DNA of 64,000 nucleotides from a virus (Duplodnaviria; Caudoviricetes): IMG/VR virus record IMGVR_UViG_3300031088_000782, positions 160,001 to 224,000 of that record; one strand, 5' to 3'. Shown piece by piece: positions 59,529 to 64,000 of this stretch (position 1 is its first letter; each line of letters starts with the position of its first letter). The notes under the pieces were generated by a model. It saw only the letters and a program-made list of their open reading frames with translations, ran no database searches and was not told where the DNA came from. The position numbers and the translations under genes were made by a program.

Positions 59529-61472
59529 ATGAGAATATATGCGAGAAAAACCTTTATTGAAGAGATTGAATATGGTGTTGCCCAAAAATTTGTTTCTGAA
59601 AATCATATGCAAAAAGAATCAAAACACAATGGAAAAATTCTGTCTTTTGGATTGTTTCATGAAAATAATTTAGTAGGAGTTGCTCAATTCTGCTATCCAC
59701 GAACACCGGCTAAAAAACGTGAATACACTACTGAGCTTTTAAGATTGTGCTTCAAGAAAAACATTTATATTGTCGGTGGCGCATCTAAACTTATTAAATA
59801 TTACATAAATTTACATAACCCTACTGACATTTTTACTTATCAAGATACTACCGGCGAGAATACTGATGTTTATGAGCAGTGCGGGTTTATTTTGAGATCA
59901 ATTGAAAAGAAAAAGCAATATCTTGTCAAAAATGGATTAACTATTCATCAAGGACATAATAATAGCGCAGAAAGAGAAGAGTATTATACTATTTCTCAAG
60001 TAGTCAATCGTGGCCCCGACTCCTTGCTTGGAACAAAACTTGGAGAACAATTTCATAAAAAGCCTGATGGAACATTATCAAACAAAAGAAAAACAAATAT
60101 TGAGCTATTTATTGATTTAGGGTGGCATATAGAGGAAACCACTGGAGATAAAATATATGAGTGGTTTAATCCTAATTTAAGTTTCTACACTTACAGAATA
60201 ACTGCTTCTGATTCTGACAAATACTACTATGGTGTTCGATCTATTAAAATCCCTTTTGATGAATTAACTATTAAAGACTGTTTGAAAGATGATTATATGG
60301 GTAGCGGAGGAAGAAAATTTGCTACATGGAGAAATAAACACAAAGCTAATCTTAGAAAAAATATTATCGAAATGTTCCCAAAGAAGTTTATGGCATACAA
60401 CAATGAGAAAATATTAGTTGGCGATTCTTATTTAACAGATCCTTTGTGTTTGAACAGTTCAGAAGGTGGTGTTCAATATGAGAAAAAATTTAGCGAAGGA
60501 AGAAATAAATTTTATCTTAGTGAATGTCAAACTCATGGATTAGTCAAACATATTAATGAAAAATGCGTTACTTGTGCTGTCTATAAAAACATTAGCTATC
60601 AAATGTGCGAAATTCATGGATTAACTAAGTTTAGAGGAGCTTTCTGCTCTAAGTGCGTTTCCGCAAAAAACCTTAAAATAGAAGTGTGTAGAGTTCACGG
60701 GGAAACAAAGCATATTAACAAAAAATGTTTAAAATGCGCTAATCAATCTTCTTTCATCGAAAAATTGTGCGATAAGCATGATCTTGTTGTTCATCATGGA
60801 AATGTATGCTTAAAATGCGTTAAAGAAAATTCTATCACTATGCAAATATGCCTAACGCATGGTGAAACAAAGCATGTTGGAGAAAAATGCTTTAAATGCT
60901 TCACAAGTGAAAGTTTCTCAACACGATTTTGCAAAATTCATGGTGAAACTGTATTTCGTGGAGACAATTGCGAAAAATGTAAAAATGATAATTTGGTCAG
61001 TGTAAAAACATGCCCTACGCATGGTGAGGTTAAGCATATCGGAGATAAATGCTATAAGTGCCGAAAAAACGTTTTTAATATTCAGATGTGTGATATTCAT
61101 GGTGAAACAAAACACCAGAAAGGTTCCTGTTTGCAGTGTACTAACGACAAGAAAATAACAATTAAAATTTGCTCTACTCACGGAGAAACAAAACATTTTG
61201 GAAATACTTGCGGAAAGTGCAATTCTTTGAAAATGTTCTATTTTGACACCTGTTCAGTTCATGGAGAAACGAAGTTCAAAAAGAATGAATGCGTCAAGTG
61301 TAAAGCACAGAAAGCTTTTGTTATTAAAGTTTGTGAAATTCACGGTGAGACTAAATTCAAAGGAAAATCTTGTTGTCAATGTGTTAGCGAAAAGACAGCT
61401 CACAAAAGATGGCATAAAGAAAAACAAAAACAAGGCTGTGTTTATTGCGAAAAGATTATTCAATCAGTTTGA
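59529..61472 (+). CDS. Mom/GNAT-like domain + GIY-YIG nuclease + 11 tandem zinc fingers
   Basis: Paralog of 57246-58775 with 11 CxxH-x9-CxxC units and terminal HKRWH..CxxC. Confidence 0.77.
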   Translation: MRIYARKTFIEEIEYGVAQKFVSENHMQKESKHNGKILSFGLFHENNLVGVAQFCYPRTPAKKREYTTELLRLCFKKNIYIVGGASKLIKYYINLHNPTDIFTYQDTTGENTDVYEQCGFILRSIEKKKQYLVKNGLTIHQGHNNSAEREEYYTISQVVNRGPDSLLGTKLGEQFHKKPDGTLSNKRKTNIELFIDLGWHIEETTGDKIYEWFNPNLSFYTYRITASDSDKYYYGVRSIKIPFDELTIKDCLKDDYMGSGGRKFATWRNKHKANLRKNIIEMFPKKFMAYNNEKILVGDSYLTDPLCLNSSEGGVQYEKKFSEGRNKFYLSECQTHGLVKHINEKCVTCAVYKNISYQMCEIHGLTKFRGAFCSKCVSAKNLKIEVCRVHGETKHINKKCLKCANQSSFIEKLCDKHDLVVHHGNVCLKCVKENSITMQICLTHGETKHVGEKCFKCFTSESFSTRFCKIHGETVFRGDNCEKCKNDNLVSVKTCPTHGEVKHIGDKCYKCRKNVFNIQMCDIHGETKHQKGSCLQCTNDKKITIKICSTHGETKHFGNTCGKCNSLKMFYFDTCSVHGETKFKKNECVKCKAQKAFVIKVCEIHGETKFKGKSCCQCVSEKTAHKRWHKEKQKQGCVYCEKIIQSV

Positions 61473-61530
61473 CAATTTGTTAAAATGATATAGATAAAGT
61501 AAATATTGTAAGGAAAGGCGAAAACGACAA

Positions 61531-63987
61531 ATGGCAAAACGTAAAAAGATTACTGAAGATGACATTAAAGAGAAAAAGATTAAATTTGAGAAAATTGCAG
61601 ATAATCTTGAAGAAATTTCAGTAGACAATTTTTTAAAAGATAATTTTCTTCCCTACTCGTGGAGCGTTATTTTAGATCGTGCCCTTACCGACGTTACTGG
61701 ACTCAAACCAGTTCAGCGAAGAATTCTTTACACAATGTATGAAATGGGTCTTTCACCAAACAGTTCACGTTCAAAAGTTGCTACACTTGCAGGTCGTGTT
61801 TTGGCTTACCACCCTCACGGTGACGCATCGGTTTCTGACGCTTTGAAAAACATTGCTCGTCCTCACATTTTCCGCGTTCCGCTTATTGATGGTAAAGGTG
61901 ATTTCGGCTCCCCAGGAACTCCGGGTGCAGCTGCTCGTTATATTGAGGCACGCTTGAACAAAGCAGCTTGGTTAAATGTTGAAGATATTGCAGAACATGC
62001 TACCCGTATGGTTCCCAATTATGATGATAGCACAGTAGAACCCGTTGAGATACCCGTAAAATGGCCTGTATCAATCGTAAATGGCGGATCTGGTATCGCG
62101 GTGGGATATGCAGCTAATATGCCCTCTCACAACCCCACAGAGATTATGAAGGCATGTAAAGCTTTGTTGCGTAATCCTGATATGACTGATGAAGCTTTAA
62201 GTAAGATTGTTCTCGGTCCCGATTTCAATATGGGTGGAACAATTACCTCTAATGACGGGATTAAACAATACTTGAAAACAGGTAGTGGCTCATTTAAGAT
62301 TCGCGCTAATTATGAAGTGACTCCGGGTGCAAGAAACTCTCATCGTATCGAATTCTATGAAATTCCATTCGGTACTTATCCTGAAAAAATTATTGAGGAA
62401 ATTCAGAAACAATCAGATAAAGGTAAATTTGCTGAAATTTCCACGTATAAAGATCTGTCTGATTTGAAGCATCCTATTCGAGTGATTATTGATACTAAGC
62501 CCAGCTCTAATTACAAAAAGGTTCTTCAAGACTTGTTCAAATACACCAGTCTTGAAACCAGCTTCTCTTCAAATATGACAACAGTTGTTGAGAACAAGCC
62601 TGTTCAGTCATCAATGAAAAATCTTTTGTTGAACTTTATCGAATTCCGCAAAGAATGTATTGCCAACAAAACCAAATATATTCTTCCTAAACGAGAGAAT
62701 CGTCTGCACCTTATTGAAGGTTTGTTGAAGACTCTTCTTGACATTGACAAGGCTATTAGTATTATTCGTAAGTCTGACAATACTGAGATTGCAAACGAAA
62801 AACTTCAGAAAGCTTTCAAACTTGACAAAGATCAGGCTGAGTATGTTTTGTCATTGCAGTTGCGTCGTTTGACAAAGATGGACAGTGTTGCTTTGAAAAA
62901 CGAGAAAAAAGATTTGGTTGATGAAGTCAAGTATTTGAACAGTCTTCTCTCTGATTATGATGTTTTGCAGTCATATCTTCTTGATGAATTTGACAATACA
63001 TTGAAGGTTATCGGTGATGAACGTAAGACAGAAATCAATTCAATGTCTGCTGAAGATTTTGCTGAATCCGAAAAGAGCATTGTTAAAGAGTTGAAGAACT
63101 TGGATAAGAATCTTCCTTGCTATATCACTCGTTTTGCTAATGGTGGAATTATGAAAACTTCTGAACCTTTCACTTACATGCAGGGTGCAAAGAAGTTGGC
63201 TAACTCTCCTATTATTGAACAAATCAAAATGAATACTCAAGATTTTGCTGTTATTATCGGTAGTGATGGAATTGGGCATAAGGTTCCTTTGTCTCACATT
63301 TTCGAAGACAAACTCTGCACCCCTAAAGATATGGGAATCACTATTGACAAAGGCGTGCGAATTGTTGGTGTAGCCAAGTATGCAAGTATGAAGTCTGACA
63401 TTGGAATTGCTATTGGAACAAAGAATGGTGGAGTTAAAATTGCTAAGACTGATTTCCCGAAGGGTGGCGAAGAATTCCCGGTAATCACTCTTGATGATTC
63501 TGATGAGGTTGTTGACACTCGCTGGTTGGGTAAAGCCTTAACAGGAAGCTATTTCACTTTCGTTTCTAAAGCCGGAAATATTCTTGTGTTTGATGCGAAA
63601 ACCATTAGAGCATCAGGTCACAAAGCGGGTAGCGTTAAGGGAATGAAACTCAAAGGCGATAAAGATGAGGTAATCCACTTTGGTTTGATCAATGATATCA
63701 AGAATTCTGATAATATGCTTGTTACTTATTCTGGAATAACTATTAAGAGCACACTTATTTCAGAGATTCCGACAAAGAATAAAGGTGGCATGGGTGTTGC
63801 TACTCAGATTTTCAAGAGTGGTGAAACTGAACTTAAAACTGCTTATGCAGGTTTGAATGTAGCTACCTGTGTCAATAAATCTACACATAACACTATCTCT
63901 GTCCCGCCAGTTCAGAAACGTTCTGCAAGGGGTACTGATTTTAATATTGACATAATTTTGGGAACGTCAGAACCCGTTATTATGTGA
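61531..63987 (+). CDS. gyrA: Type IIA topoisomerase A subunit (gyrase/topo IV)
   Basis: GLKPVQRRILY, YHPHGD, AAARYIE catalytic Tyr, NGGSGIAVG, C-terminal blade repeats. Confidence 0.93.
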   Translation: MAKRKKITEDDIKEKKIKFEKIADNLEEISVDNFLKDNFLPYSWSVILDRALTDVTGLKPVQRRILYTMYEMGLSPNSSRSKVATLAGRVLAYHPHGDASVSDALKNIARPHIFRVPLIDGKGDFGSPGTPGAAARYIEARLNKAAWLNVEDIAEHATRMVPNYDDSTVEPVEIPVKWPVSIVNGGSGIAVGYAANMPSHNPTEIMKACKALLRNPDMTDEALSKIVLGPDFNMGGTITSNDGIKQYLKTGSGSFKIRANYEVTPGARNSHRIEFYEIPFGTYPEKIIEEIQKQSDKGKFAEISTYKDLSDLKHPIRVIIDTKPSSNYKKVLQDLFKYTSLETSFSSNMTTVVENKPVQSSMKNLLLNFIEFRKECIANKTKYILPKRENRLHLIEGLLKTLLDIDKAISIIRKSDNTEIANEKLQKAFKLDKDQAEYVLSLQLRRLTKMDSVALKNEKKDLVDEVKYLNSLLSDYDVLQSYLLDEFDNTLKVIGDERKTEINSMSAEDFAESEKSIVKELKNLDKNLPCYITRFANGGIMKTSEPFTYMQGAKKLANSPIIEQIKMNTQDFAVIIGSDGIGHKVPLSHIFEDKLCTPKDMGITIDKGVRIVGVAKYASMKSDIGIAIGTKNGGVKIAKTDFPKGGEEFPVITLDDSDEVVDTRWLGKALTGSYFTFVSKAGNILVFDAKTIRASGHKAGSVKGMKLKGDKDEVIHFGLINDIKNSDNMLVTYSGITIKSTLISEIPTKNKGGMGVATQIFKSGETELKTAYAGLNVATCVNKSTHNTISVPPVQKRSARGTDFNIDIILGTSEPVIM

Positions 63988-64000
63988 TTAGATAAAATTG

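Noticed and set aside
849-63518. Many short antisense or overlapping ORFs in the track (e.g. 849-1265, 30747-31127, 40397-40822, 60918-61196)
   Set aside because: They overlap well-supported genes or tRNAs and have no SD or motifs
1-64000. Ordinary bacterial chromosome segment
   Set aside because: Housekeeping genes are scattered among many free-standing endonucleases and ORFans with no ribosomal or metabolic operons; a jumbo phage-like element fits better, though it is unproven without virion genes

Overview
AT-rich window (roughly 30% GC by eye) that looks like the replication/translation-support region of a jumbo phage or similar giant extrachromosomal element. No virion genes and no ribosomal-protein operons are present, so the replicon type is inferred, not proven. 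RNA genes: 9 tRNAs (Leu-TAA x2, Arg-TCT, Arg-CCT, Arg-TCG, Ser-CGA, a CAT tRNA beside tilS, two initiator-type CAT tRNAs), a tmRNA, and immediately upstream of it a hairpin with the full bacterial small SRP (4.5S) RNA helix-8 signature. Enzymes: TilS, CCA-adding enzyme, ADP-ribosyltransferase, ADP-ribosylglycohydrolase, Sir2, GMP reductase, dCMP deaminase, MazG-like hydrolase, DnaE in two pieces around dnaX, NAD-dependent ligase, GyrB/GyrA-type topoisomerase, RecX, and an FtsK-like ATPase C-half starting with a split-intein C fragment. Seven free-standing endonuclease-like genes are present. Several proteins look actinobacterial (TilS C-terminus, DUF6458-like protein), suggesting by inference a low-GC element in a high-GC host. 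Most notable: (1) element-encoded SRP RNA + tmRNA unit; (2) a ~45-aa H/C/C/H N-terminal tag shared by five proteins with unrelated cargo; (3) split DnaE whose junction carries a Hint-like but apparently non-splicing module; (4) nucleases fused to a Mom-like GNAT domain and to arrays of 6 and 11 tandem 27-aa zinc fingers; (5) an orphan split-intein C-half. All protein family calls come from motif recognition only; no searches were run.
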